Shown: in pieces, positions 46,028-58,599 of the stretch
Position numbering within the stretch: position 1 is the first letter of the stretch
Layout: the number at the start of each line of letters is the position of its first letter
NCBI GenBank assembly: GCA_036172245.1
Contig: JAYWIR010000081.1
Location: 62,001 to 126,000 of the forward strand
DNA length: 64,000 nucleotides
Reading direction: 5' to 3'
Origin: Raillietiella orientalis
Lineage: Eukaryota
Program-made: the position numbers and the translations under genes
Notes under the pieces: model-generated
What the model saw: the letters and a program-made list of their open reading frames with translations, nothing else
Told to the model about the DNA's origin: nothing
Databases searched by the model: none

Positions 46028-49000
46028 CACCCGGGTACGCCCGGGGCGTTTATTTAAAAAACGCAGCATACGCGGTACAAGGCCCCGCTCACGGGCATAC
46101 GCACGGGACCTGCCGGGACGCCGGCACGCTGCCCGGCGTAGCGTTCCTTAGCAGGAAAACGGGATGAGGATAAAAGAAAAAGAAGAAGAGAAAATGAACA
46201 AACAAAAAGAATTTGGAGGGGAGGGAAGGGATTACTATTCGCTGTGAGGAGGAATCCTACGTTGAAGGAAGCCTTCGAGGTCCATCCGAATATTCCCCAG
46301 TTGTGCCATCCGGCAGCTCTCCGCAAAAAGCGTTGGGCGTATGGGATGACATCTCTTGCGTGTTGACCCACTCCTTCGTTGTTGGCGTCGCTTATGCCGC
46401 CACGATGCCACGGACGCAGCACAAGGTTGCGATGGCTGCGGCTAGCTGCAGTGCGTCCTTCACGAAGACAGGCCGAAGAACGTCTCTGGGAGTGCTGCCC
46501 GAAGGGAGCCCGAGGGTCGTCCCGAATCGTTCTCAGAGGGGTCGGAGGGCAGCACAGTCCACAATAAGGTGGGAGAGCGATTCCCGCTCTCCGCACCTGA
46601 CACACTCAGGATCCACAGTTCCCCTTGTCCAGTGGAAGCGGCGTGCGTTGCAGGGTAAACCCCAGTGCAGCAGTAGCAACGCCGACTCTTGCCACTTAAG
46701 GGGCAGGATCCTGGATTCCTTGAGTACCGGGGGCCACTTCAGCACATCCGTAGGGATGGCGAGCAGCTCGCTTCATCTCATTAATCCACGCGGCTGGACG
46801 CTCGGGGTCGTGGCGTCCGCCAGTTCTTCTGTGGTCCAGCCGCTTAACATCTTCTCCCTGCCTGCGATCCGGCAGGAGACTTGCCACCTCTGCTTCTGGC
46901 GATCCTGAAGCGCCCTCAGGAGGTAGGGCATCGCCGTAGCAAGGGGAGTCGTCAACGCCCACCTGCGGCTCCGGGGAAATTCCAGTATTTCCCGTAGGGT
47001 GCGGTTGGCGTATGGGCCGATTCGCAGGCAGTTCATGTGGTTTCCACTCCTCCGGTTCAGCTTAGCCCATGTGCCAGCAGACTCCTCCAACCAGGCGGAG
47101 TTGGCGGGGCCACAAACCATCCAACCGTTCGTCTTCGCCAAGGTTGCTATGCGTCCGAGCATAAGGCCGCATCTTCGGATGTTCCGGCCAGGGCACAGAA
47201 GAAACGACGCGAGTCCTTCGCATCGGGACACACGCCTGGCGAGGTGGCGGGCCGGAATGCACCAAGGGGTGATCCACATCTTCGCTGCGATGGCGAGGGT
47301 TTGCCACCGCAGCTGGATTTCCACGTGCTCCAGCGTCAGGAGGCCAAGACCGCCGTCCCGACGCGGAGCGCACAACTCCTTCAGAGGGATTCGAAGCCTC
47401 CCCTTGCTCCAAAGGGCGATGCGGAAAAGGTCCTTCGTCCACTTTTTAACTACTCCTGGGGCGGGGCAAACAAAAAGCAAGGGGCGGAGGATGGGGGCCG
47501 CGAAGGCGTTCCAAACTGCGGCCCGTTCCGCCAAGTGAAACTTAGCGGTCCCAATCCGATAGCTAACAGATGGCGGAGCAGCGGAGGTACTCGCGAAGAT
47601 GCTCCACCACCACCGGGTGACTTAGCCAGTCTGCTGGCATCCTCCAAAAACAGTTTGGTGGCCCCTTGCCTGGCGGGAGCATCTTGAACTCGAGCCTGTT
47701 GTGGTCTGAAAGCACGGACGGCACGGGACCTCTCCGACCCACTCGACTGAGCAAGTGTTCATCAAGGGATACGTGGTCCGGCGTTGCTGCCATAACAGGG
47801 TCGCTAGCGAACAAGTTGCACGCGTGCACGGACGCGCACATCTCTTCCGCTAGCAACTTTTCCCTTTTGTGGGATCTATTCTCGGAAAGCAGGTGGACGT
47901 TAAAGTCCCCCGCAATGAGATGGGCCACAGTAGGGTGAGATCGAGTGAGCCACTGGCTTTGAAGGGTACCGAAGAACTCAATCCTTTCGGCATATCGTCC
48001 AGCACCGCTGGGCGCGTACACGTTGGTTACGACAAGGTCTTTCGAGTCGCACCACTTGAGTACAAGCTGTCCCACTCGGCCTTCTGTGTCGAAACGAACG
48101 CTGCGCACCGCTTTCGCCAAAGATCATCGCACGAGGAAAGCGACGCCGCACGTACGTGCAACGCCGCACCTATAAAGTACCGTTCCGCCCGCGCGACGTT
48201 CGATTTCGGCAGCCTGCTCCCCGGAGATGCTGTGAATCTTTTGTAGGAGCGTCAAGTCAAAGGCGCGCAGAGCGTTAGCTGCTAGTCGCCTTTCCTCCTC
48301 GTGTTGGAGCCCGTTGACGTTCCAAGACGTTACGGCAACACGACGAGAAGTCGCAATTGCCCTCATCACGGCTGGGAAAGCCAGGCCGTGGTGCTCGTCT
48401 CACCCGGCGAGCGGGCATTAAGCAGCATGACGGGCTGGAGGGCGCAGTCGCCACCGGCCTAAACTGTGCTGCACGTATTCGGGTGCTCCTCGCCAGGTGC
48501 AGAACCTGAGGGTTTTGAAGTAAGCACTCGCCGTTCCGCGACGAGTATGTCACGCCTCAGGGCTTCAGCCCTGCGGGCGCTCGCACCCGCGCGAGTAACG
48601 CGTCGTTCAGCTGCGCTACCGGAGTCCTTTGCGGAGTCTGATGCTCGCACGATCGACGTGCGCTTGCATCCGTCCGATTGCATCGGAATGGTCTTCTCGG
48701 CGGTCACAGAATCGGAATTGCACGCGTTGAAGGCGCCGGCTTTTTCCTTGGAAGCGGCACGAGCCGCGCGTGTTTTCGTATTCCCGGGACTGCTTTTTCC
48801 TTTGGAAAAGCTCAGGAATGGATGTTGCGGAGCTTTTTTTGGAGATTTTTCTTTCCTCCTCTCCACAACTTACATTCGCCTTCGCGATTTTCGGAGGCTT
48901 CCGCGACAGTAGTTGCGGAAACCTCCGGGATTTACGCTGCGTTCTCTGGGGGCGTTGCTTTCGCTACGCCTTTGAAAAACGGCAACGGAGTCACCTTCTT

Positions 49001-49060
49001 GACAGTCGGGAGATTGCTCCTCTCCTGCCCAGTCGGTGAACTTGCTCCGAGGCACAAAGT
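46028..49060 (-). mobile_element. Family X-like copy lacking the RT (junction near 47540): ORF1 tail, APE, C-terminus, 3' end
   Basis: SWNVNG, NVYAP, AGDFN, SDH; CVRCG...HLIVDC; terminal hairpin. Confidence 0.82.
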
Positions 49061-49091
49061 ATTGTGCGCTTGACAAAGTAATCAGTTAATT

Positions 49092-50995
49092 GTGCTCGTG
49101 TGTGCCCGGAGAGGGGAAGTTTTCCAGACGAAACTAAAAAAAAGAAGCGGCGAGGAGATCGCGGCAAAAGACCTGCAGTGGTCCCGTGCAGCAAGACCAG
49201 CTGCCAGGATGCAGGAACATAGAGGAGGAGTGGAGAGACCGTCGTCCCCCATGGAAGCCATGCAGGTAACGTGCGCCAACGGCGAGGTGGCGGCAGGCAT
49301 GCCGAGGATCGCGCCCGCGGCGGGCTTAGCTGCGCCGGCGGCGCCGATGCCAAGGGTCGTGCCCGCGGCGACGACGGCGGAGGTCGTTCCCGCGGCAGCG
49401 ACGCCGAGGATCGTGCCCGCGGCGGGGAAGGTCGCGCCTGCGGCGGCGATGCCGAGGGTGCCACCCGCGGCGGTAACGGCGGCAACATCGAGGTTTGCGC
49501 CTGCGGCGGCGGCGTCCCAGGCGGGACCCGCGGGCGTCCACGCGGTGCAGGGAGAGACGCCATCTTGTTCGGCTGCGGCGTCGCAGCCCTTTTCTTATGC
49601 GTCGGTGGCGGCTGGACAGGCGAGTGTCCACCCACCTAGGAAATTTGGTAAGCCGCTTAGCGGAAAAGTACTAAAAGTGGACCGATCAATAGTCGAAATA
49701 GGCCCCAACGTGAAGCCCATTATCTTCAAGACGGGGCTAATAAAATTTAATAACATCAGGGAGGTCTATTTGTCCCTCGACAAGACGGACATAGACTTTG
49801 ATCGCATTCAGGCGATCATTCCATCGAACAACATGTTCACAGTCTTTACAGACTGTGAAAACATTAGAGAGCGATTGATCCAGAAGGGGATCAATATACA
49901 AGGACGGATAGTTTGTGGTATTGGCGAGATGCCATACACAACCGTCTTTTTAAACGGCATCTCCATCCTCACACCGCAACTAGCGGTGTGGAATTACTTG
50001 GAGCAGTTTGGGGAAGTTCTGGACCTTGATTTCCAGAACTTCTCTGGAAACATATTTTCTGGCGACATGATCGCCAAGATGAGGTTGAGGGAGGGAGCGG
50101 TGATCCCTGGATTGGCCGTTATTGACGAACAATCCCAGGGAGTGAATGTGCGTTACCGGCAACAACCGGTATTCTGCACCGGGTGCAAGCAGTTCGGCCA
50201 CAGGGCCGGCGCTTGCCCAACGTGTCGTTGTTTCCGCTGCGGCAAAGTAGGACATCAAGTCCGAAACTGCAAGCAGCCGGAGGTGTGCTCCTTCTGCAAG
50301 AAACACGGACATGCGAAATGGAGCAGTCCGGAGTTTGAAAACTGCAGAAGGATTCGAGGTCTCTCTCCCGTGAGAGAGAGAAACATCAAGGTGGCCGAAC
50401 AGCCTCAGAAGGCAGGAATTCAGAAAAAAGTGAAAGAAGCCGTCCCGGTGTCGGCGGACGGCTTCATAGAAGTGGGAAAGAAGGGAAAAAGCAGGATGCT
50501 CCTCAAGGAGCAAGGAACTCCTCAAATCCTGGAGCAGCAGAGCAGGAAGGCGAGAAGATGGAGGTAGCGCAGGAAAGCGTGAAGGAAGAGAGACAGGAAG
50601 CCACTAAAGTGTCGCAGGAGGCTCTGCAGACTACGGAGGATTTGGCAACACTGGCGAAGGAGATCATAGAGGTGCAGAGCGGTCCTCAGCAAGAGAAAAT
50701 CTTGCAGAAGATCTGCACTGCACAAGAGAACATCAACCAGGTGGTGGAGGTCGCTGAACGCGAGAAGCTAGAGGAACAGCTTTTCGACGTGAAGGCGAAC
50801 TTCTGCGCCAAGGTCGAAATAGAGGCGCTATCTCGAAAACTGATCGCGCAGGCGGAACACTCTACGGAGGAGGCGGAAATTACCGACCTCACAGGTACGG
50901 AGTGTGACGCCGGCAGCGAGAAGCACGCTGCTTCTTCATTGTCTGGAAGAGCACCCTCTCTCAGACAGAAGAAGCTCAGGAAGGCCAAAAAATAG
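49092..50995 (+). CDS. Family Y ORF1 (Ala/Pro repeats, three CCHC-type knuckles, acidic helical tail); frameshift near 50540
   Basis: CTGCKQFGHRAGAC, CFRCGKVGHQVRNC, CSFCKKHGH. Confidence 0.85.
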
Positions 50996-51008
50996 GTCTT
51001 CCCCTTTT

Positions 51009-54000
51009 ATGGCCTCTTCCCTATCGACCGCCAGGAGGATAAACATCGCCTCCTGGAACGTAAACGGTGTGGTCGACCAGGGAAAAAGAAGAAGGATTGT
51101 GCGGACCATCGCACAACAAGACATTGTGTGCCTGCAGGAGACCCACAGGATGGGTCTGGAGATAAGCCAGCGAATGGAACGGCGATTCAACGGGCAGATG
51201 TTCGTCAACGAAGGAGAACGGAACACGAAGGGTGTGGCGGTGCTAATAAAGAACCACTTAGCCCCCACTATTCTGGAAGTGTTCTGTCCCCAACCCGGAC
51301 GAATCATCGGCGTGCGCCTGGCGTTGTCAGCGACTGTTCACCTTATCCTGGTGAACGTGTACGGGCCGCACAGGCTAAAACATCGTTGTGCGGAGGCGCT
51401 GCATGCAACACTCCGGCAAAAGGTCGCCCCTAAGGACGTCGTGATTGTTGCTGGCGATCTCAACATCTTGGATGAGATCATTCATTCGGAAGACGCCAGA
51501 GAAAGGACGGCGTATCGACGGCTATCCGAGGAGTTCGGACTGGTCTGGCGAACAGCAGGCCACAAGCCAATCGATCACGTCCTGCACAGCACCGAACTTC
51601 GGAAACGCAACCAGGGGTTTCGCGACACTATGACTACGGTGTCCGATCACCCCCTCGTGCGGTTTTCCCTAAGAACGGAGAATCCTCGGCGGAGGCAAGG
51701 CACCAGGGCAGCGCTCATCAGCATGCCCGCCTGGTTCGAAACCCATCCCGGACATCAGGCTGTCCTGGAGGCGATTCTGAGGGCAACAACAATCCGAAGA
51801 GTCGTCGACTGGGACAGCCTGAAACACGGGATACACCTGTTTGCGAACATGCAGTTCGGGGATAGGCGCTTGAGGCAAGAGGCGTACCGGGAGCTGCACA
51901 TCCAAGATCGCTCCCTCTCAAAGTACTTCGATCAGTACGAGAGTCTGTACGTCCTCAATAACATAAAAGGGGAAGTCGGCGTGCTGGAGAAGAGAAATCT
52001 GGCAACAGATATCTTCTGCAGCCAGTACGACGGCCAAAAGCGACAGTGGTCTAAGGATATCGTGGATGCCTTTCACAGGGATTACACGAAACACTTCAGG
52101 CGACAACAGCTGTGTCGCTCTAGTCAACAGGCCTTCTTGAGCTATCTCGAGAAGAGGACCGACGACCTCCAGCGGAACAGACTGAAGGAGGAGTTCTCCG
52201 AAGAAAAGGTGAAGACTGCGTTTGGGCAACTTCGCAAGGACGTGGCAGCGGGCCTTGACAGTGTACCCATCACGCACTATCAGCGGTACCTGCACGCCTA
52301 CCTGCGCTTGTTCCACCAGTTGACCCTCTGCATCCGAGAAGAAGGAAGACTCCCGGAATCCTTCTACGAGGGTAGGATGAGATTGCTAGCGAAAGGAGGC
52401 GACTCTACCCAGATCGCCCAATGGAGGCCAATCTCGATCTTAAACTACGATGCCAAGTGGTTGGCGAAGATCTGGTCCAACCGCTTAGGCAAGGTCATGT
52501 CGAGGCTGATCTCTCCGGTCCAGACATGTGCAGTCCCAGGACGACACATGTCGGACAATGTCAAGTGTGAGCAGGCAACTGTTGTACTCAGTCGATACGT
52601 CGGCAAGAACCTGGTGCTGGTGTTCACTGACATCGAGAAGGCTTTCGACTCCATCGACCACGGGATGCTGCTGAATGTTCTGGAGAAGCTAGGACTTCCG
52701 GAACACTTCAGCAACTTCGTGAGGGCGGTACTCCAGAACCAGTACTGCCGGATCAAGATCAACGGCCAGGAGACGGCAGCAATCAGGATGGAACGAGGAG
52801 TCCGACAGGGCGACTCGCTAAGTCCGATGCTGTTCGTCATCTATATGGAGGTGTTGTCGTCCTTTATCGAGAAGAGCGGACGACTAAGCGGGATTACCAT
52901 CGATAGCCAGCGTCTTACCCATCTGGCATACGCCGATGATCTACTCTTTTTCATAAAGGAAGAGAAAAATCAGCGTGCGTTTCTGAATGTGGTGGACCTG
53001 ATGGAACAGGGCTTGGGCTTAAAAATCAATTCCCAGAAGAGCCAGCTTCTGCGCGTCGGAATACTGGATCTCTCCACTCTAACGGGTAGTGGATTCCGTA
53101 CGGTGGACACGGCCAAGTACCTGGGAGTCTACATCGGCGACGGCTCTGCGTCGAAGCTGCTGTGGAAGGAAATCCTGGGGAAAACGGCCAAGGAAGCAGC
53201 CAAGTACACTCGAACGGACCTTGGGATAAAGCGAAAGGCCAACATATGGAACGGAGTACTCCTTCCGAAAGTGCTCTTCGGGGCGGCCTTCGCGAGGATG
53301 AACAAGGACACTACTAGGGAGTTCGACAAGCTGCAAAGAAAAACACTCTGGGGCCACTATCGCCCAAGAGTAAGACTGAAACCCCTGTGTGTCCCAGGGA
53401 AGAAGGCGGTTCCGGGATGAAGTCGCTTGCAGATTCCATGGAAATCATGGATACGCGACACATCCTGGACATTGCCACTTACTGATATGAGCGGCCGTAT
53501 GCGGAGCACAGGGCCTACGCGTTGTTGCTTAACAACTCGAAAGGCCTGATGACTGCGCTGCTAGGCAAAGTAGGGGAATGGATAACAATCGACCCGACCT
53601 GGAGGAGGAAGCAACGGCTGGTGCGGAAGCAGCAAATCAAGATCGTGCCGCGAAGCAGGGAACTCTGGCAGGACGAGTCCAGCCTGGTGATCCCTTGGTT
53701 GCTTCCTGTCCCGCCGGACACGAGAAGCTGGATCTACCAGCGGTCCAGAGTTACCCTACTGCAAATCCAGGAGTGGAGGCGAGGAGGCTACCTACATCAA
53801 ACACGTATACTTCGGTATACAGAGATGATGTTAGGAAGGTTTACCCACAGGACCCGCGAAGTGTGGTTCAACCACAACGACTTCGCATGTTCGAGGGTAA
53901 CGAGAACAAACCTCCGAAGGCTTATCCAAGAAAACGACCGTGACACCAGTGCCGTCCAGGAAGCCACCGAACGCTACGGGAGTGAACGGTTCAACCTGTT

Positions 54001-54526
54001 AGCGATCGGCACGACGCTCTGGAGGAGTGACCTTCCGACGGGCACCCAGGATGATTTCCTGATGTTTTATCACGGAGGAATCCAGAGTTGGTCCCGATTG
54101 CAGCACTTCACAGGAAGACGGGAAGACCGAGACTGCGCAGCATGTGGAGACGACGACACGAGACTTCACCTCTTGACGTGTATCACACTGCTGCATGACT
54201 GGCTGATGCTGAAATGGATCATAGGACTTACCAACAAGTCCGTGATGGAGATCCTCGCCGGGATGTTTCATGGGGATGGTAATGTTCCCTGTTACAATCC
54301 TATGGTGAGGACGACCATAGCCCTCTTCATCACCGCCATACTTGTGCGGTGGTGGAAAATGAGGAAAGCCAAAAGTGCCGCACCACCGATGGAGATCCTA
54401 CAAGGGCTCTTGAAGAGGGAAATCGGCATCAGGAACTGCCGGAAGATCCACGCCTGGACGTACCGATTCATCCTGAAGAGAATCCAGGACGACGCCCGGG
54501 ACCATCCAGCTGGAATTCCCCCCTGA
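51009..54526 (+). CDS. Family Y ORF2 (APE-RT-Cys-rich); frameshift near 53410
   Basis: SWNVNG, LQETH, AGDLN, IDH, SDH; WRPIS, DIEKAFD, GVRQGDSLSP, YADD, KYLG; CAACG...HLLTC. Confidence 0.92.
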
Positions 54527-54649
54527 AAAGCAGAACTCTAGTAAAACCCAAGGACCCCCAAGTGCAAAATGTTTGTATTGAGTGAATGAGAGTGCGAATG
54601 TAAATTTTGTATTTTTATAGAAAAATAAACTTACCCCACCCCTTGAGGG

Positions 54650-57640
54650 ACTTGGAGAAACCTGCCGAGTAGGTGAACTTGCTTCGCGGCTCAAAGTATT
54701 GTGCGCTCGACAACATAATCAGTTAATTGTGCTCGTGTGTGCCCGGAGAGGGGAAGTTTTTCAGACGAAACTACAAAAGAAGTGGCGAGGAGATCGCGGC
54801 AAAAGACCTGCAGTGGTCCCGTGCCGCAAGACCAGCTGCCAGGATGCAGGGAACCTAGAGAAGGAGTGGAGAGACCGTCGTCCACCATGTAAGCCATGGA
54901 GGTAACGTGCGGCAACGGCGAGGCGGTGGCAGGTATGCCGAGGATCGCGCCCGCGGCGGGCTTTTCTGCGCCGGCGGCGATGCCAAGGGTCGTGCCCGCG
55001 GCGACGACGGCGGATGTCGTGCCCGCGGCGGCGGCGCCGAGGATCGTGTCCGCGGCGGGGAAGGTCGCGCCTGCGGCGGCGATGCCGAGGGTGCCGCCCG
55101 TGGTGGCAACGGTGGCGACGGCGAGGGTTGCGCTCGGAGCGGCGGCGTCCTAGGCAGGACCCGCGGACGTCCACGCGGTTCAGTGCGAGACGTCATCTTG
55201 TTCGGCTCCGGCGGCGCAGCCCTTTCCCTATGCGTCGGTGGCGGCTGGACAAGCGAGTGTCCACCCACCAAGAAAATTAGGGAAGCCGCAATGCGGTAAA
55301 GTCCAAAAGGTGGATCGGCCGATCGTGGAGTTAGGGCCTAATGTGAAGCCTATCATTTTCAAGACTGGGCTGATCAAGTTCAGTGATATCAGGGAGGTGT
55401 ATCTGTCCATCGATAAAACGGACATGAATTTTGATCGCACACAGGCGATCATACCAGCAAACAACGGTTTCACAATCTTCACAGACTGTGAAAAGATTAG
55501 AGAGCGATTGATACAGAAGGGGATCAATATACAAGGGAGGATGGTTTGTGGTGTTGGCGAGATGCCATACACAACCGTGTTTCTGAACGGCATCTCCATC
55601 CTCACACCGCAACTAACGGTGTGGAACTTTTTGGAGCAGTATGGGGAAGTTCTGGACCTTGAGTTCCAGAACTTCTCTGGAAATATATATTCTGGCGACA
55701 TGATCGCCGAAATGTAGTAGAAAGAGGGAGCTGTAATCCCTGCATTAGCCGTTCTTGACGAACGATCCCAGGGTGTGAACGTGCGTTACCGGCAACAGCC
55801 GATATTCTGCACCGGGTGCAAGCAGTTCGGCCACAGGGCCGGCGCTTTCCCAACGTGTCGTTGTTTCCGCTGCGGCAAAGTAGGACATCTAGTCCGAAAC
55901 TGCCCGCAGCCGGAGCTGTGCTCCTTCTGGAAGAAACACGGACATCCCAAATGGAGCTGTCCGGAGTTTGCAAACTGCAGAAGGATTTGAGGTCTCCCTC
56001 CCGTGAGAGAGAGAAACACCAAGAAGGCGGAACAGTCTCAGAAGGCAGGAAGGCCGAAGAAGGTGAAAGAAGCCGTCCCGTTGTCGGCGGGCGCCTTCAT
56101 AAAAGTGGGAAGGAAGGGAAAGAGGAGGATGCTCGTCAAGGAGCAAGAAACCTTTCTTATCCTGGAAGGTGAAGAGCAAGAAGGCGAGAAGATGGAGGTA
56201 GCGCAGGAAGGCGCGGAAGAAGAAATAGCCGAAGCCACTCCGGTGTCGCAGGAGGCCCTGCAATCTACGGAGGAGTTGGCATCACTGGCTAATGAAGTCC
56301 TAGATGTGCAGAGTGGTCCCCAGCAAGAGAAAATCTGGCAGAAGATCTGCAGTGCACAGTAGAAGGTCAACCAGGTTGTGAAGGTCACCAAGCGCAAAAA
56401 GCTAGAGGAACAGCTTCTCGACGTAAAGGCGAACTTCTGCGCCAAGTTCGAGATTGAGGCTCTATCTCGAAAATTGATTGCGCAGGCGGAACACTCTACG
56501 GAGGAGGCGGAAATTACCGACCTCACAGGTACGGAGTGTGACGCCGGCAGCGAGAAGCCCGCTGCTTCTTCATTGTCTGGAAGAGCTCGCTGTCTCAGAC
56601 AGAAGAAGCTCAGGAAGGGCAAAAAATAGGTCTCCCCCTTTTATGGCCTCTTCCCTATCGACCGCCAGGAGGCTCAACATCGCCTCCTGGAATGTAAACG
56701 GTATGGTCGACCAGGGAAAAAGGAAAAGGATTGTGCGGACCATCGCACAACAAGACATAGTGTGTCTGCAGTAGACAGACAAGATGGGTCTCGTGATTAG
56801 TCAGCAAATGGAACGGCGATTCAACGGGCAGATTTTCGTCAGCAAGGGAGAACGGAACACGCAGGGTGTGGCGGTCCTAATCAAGAACAACTTGGCCCCC
56901 ACTATTCTGGAAGTGTTCTGTCCCCAAACCGGACGAATCATCGGCGTGCGACTGGCCTGGTCCGCTACTGTTCACCTCATCCTGGTGAACGTGTACGGGC
57001 CGCACAGGCTAAAACATTGTTGTGCGGACGCGCTGCATGCAGCACTCCTTGAAAAGGTTGCTTCCAAGGACGTCGTGATTGTTGCTGGCGATCTCAAGAT
57101 ATTGGATGAGATCACTCACTCCGAAGACGCCAGAGGAAGGACGGCGTATCGGCGGTTATCCGACGAGTTCGGACTGGTGTCGCGAACTGCAAGTCACAAG
57201 CCGATCAATGACGTCCTGCACAGTACCGAACTCGGGAATCGCATCTAGGGTTTTCGAGACATTATGACCACGATGTCCGATCACTCCCTGGTGGGGTTTT
57301 CCCTAAGAACGGAGAATCCTGGCGGAGGCAAGGCACCAGTTCGGCGCTCATCAGCATGCCCGCCTGGTTCGAAACCCATCCCGGAAATCAGTCTGTCCTG
57401 GAGACGATTCTGAAGGCAACAACAATCCGAAGAGTCGCCGACTGGGACAGCCTGAAACACAGGATACACGTGTTTGCAAACATGCAGTTCGGAGATAGGC
57501 GCTTGAGGCAGGAGGCGTACTGGGAGCTGAACATCCACGTTCGCTCACTCTCAAAGTTCTTCGATCAGTACGAGAGTCGGTACGTCTTCAAGAACATAAA
57601 AGGGGAAGTCGGCGTGCTGGAGAAGAGAAATCTGGCAACA
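54650..57640 (+). mobile_element. Decayed tandem family Y copy (ORF1 + APE), 3' truncated
   Basis: Colinear with 49030-52007; multiple stops. Confidence 0.9.
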
Positions 57641-58367
57641 TCAAAACAATCTGGACCGATTCTTATGAACACTTCCATCCTCTCCCGAAAATGGCAAGAG
57701 TCGGCATTCCTGTTGCAGCACTGGGGACTTCCCTGCAATTCCCTCCGACACCTCTGGACCTGGGGAGCGGTGGACCCCAATTTCGTCAGGTGTGGGGAAC
57801 GGGATTCCCTCCCCCACCTGCTAGTGGATTGTTTTGCCTTTCGGTCCCTTTGGTTCCTCTTTGCTGGGGCCTTCGGGATCCCCTGCGGCAACCCCAGGGA
57901 CGTACTGAAATCCCTCTACGTTGCCGACGCGTTTCGGCCAGCGGCCTCGTTAGCAGCCCTGTGCTGCCTCCGCGGGATCGTCGCCGCCTGAAGCAAGGCT
58001 ACGGGAAGACCACACGACTTGAGTGCCATTCAGCTAGCCTGCCAGTTCCTGAGGAGGGCGTCCCGATGGCCCCACCTGGATATAGAAATACAGAAGGAGC
58101 TTTTCGGCATCCTGCAAAGGATGCAACGGCCTCACCAGCAACTGTAATCCCTTCCCGTACCCTCCCTGTTTTTTTCTTGTCTTTTTGTTATGTTATTTTG
58201 GTTTTCCCCTTTCTTTGTGCTGCCGTGGTGTACCGTACCGGTCTACGAACCGGTGATCCGGCAGGCTCTGTGTTTCTTTGTGCATGGCTGGAGCAGCGGT
58301 CTAGCCACTGCACGTCCTTGTGAATGTTTTTTCTAGAATAAACTCCTTGTCGAAATCCGGGTGAAAA
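57641..58367 (+). mobile_element. Family X 3' end fragment
   Basis: KWQESAFLLQHWGLPCN; ends AATAAA...CCGGGTGAAAA. Confidence 0.8.
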
Positions 58368-58599
58368 TCGAATGCTTTGTGCATATCTACCGCTAGTGCC
58401 AAGGCTCCCTGCCTTTCTCCCGTCCGTCCGCACTGGCGCACGCCGTCGGCAGAAGGTCTTGCCGCTGTTCGGCTATTTGCCGCAACGGGCTCTTCAAGCT
58501 GCTACCAGGTGCGCGCGAAAAGAAGGTTCGCATCCATGGATCTACCCGGTACAGCGTAATACTGCTAAGGGCTTACCACGGACTCCGCGACTTTCCCTA

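Larger units (their letters stand above)
49070..54645 (+). mobile_element. Near-complete L1/Tx1-like family Y element
   Basis: ORF1, ORF2, short 3' UTR with AATAAA at 54624; two frameshifts. Confidence 0.92.
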
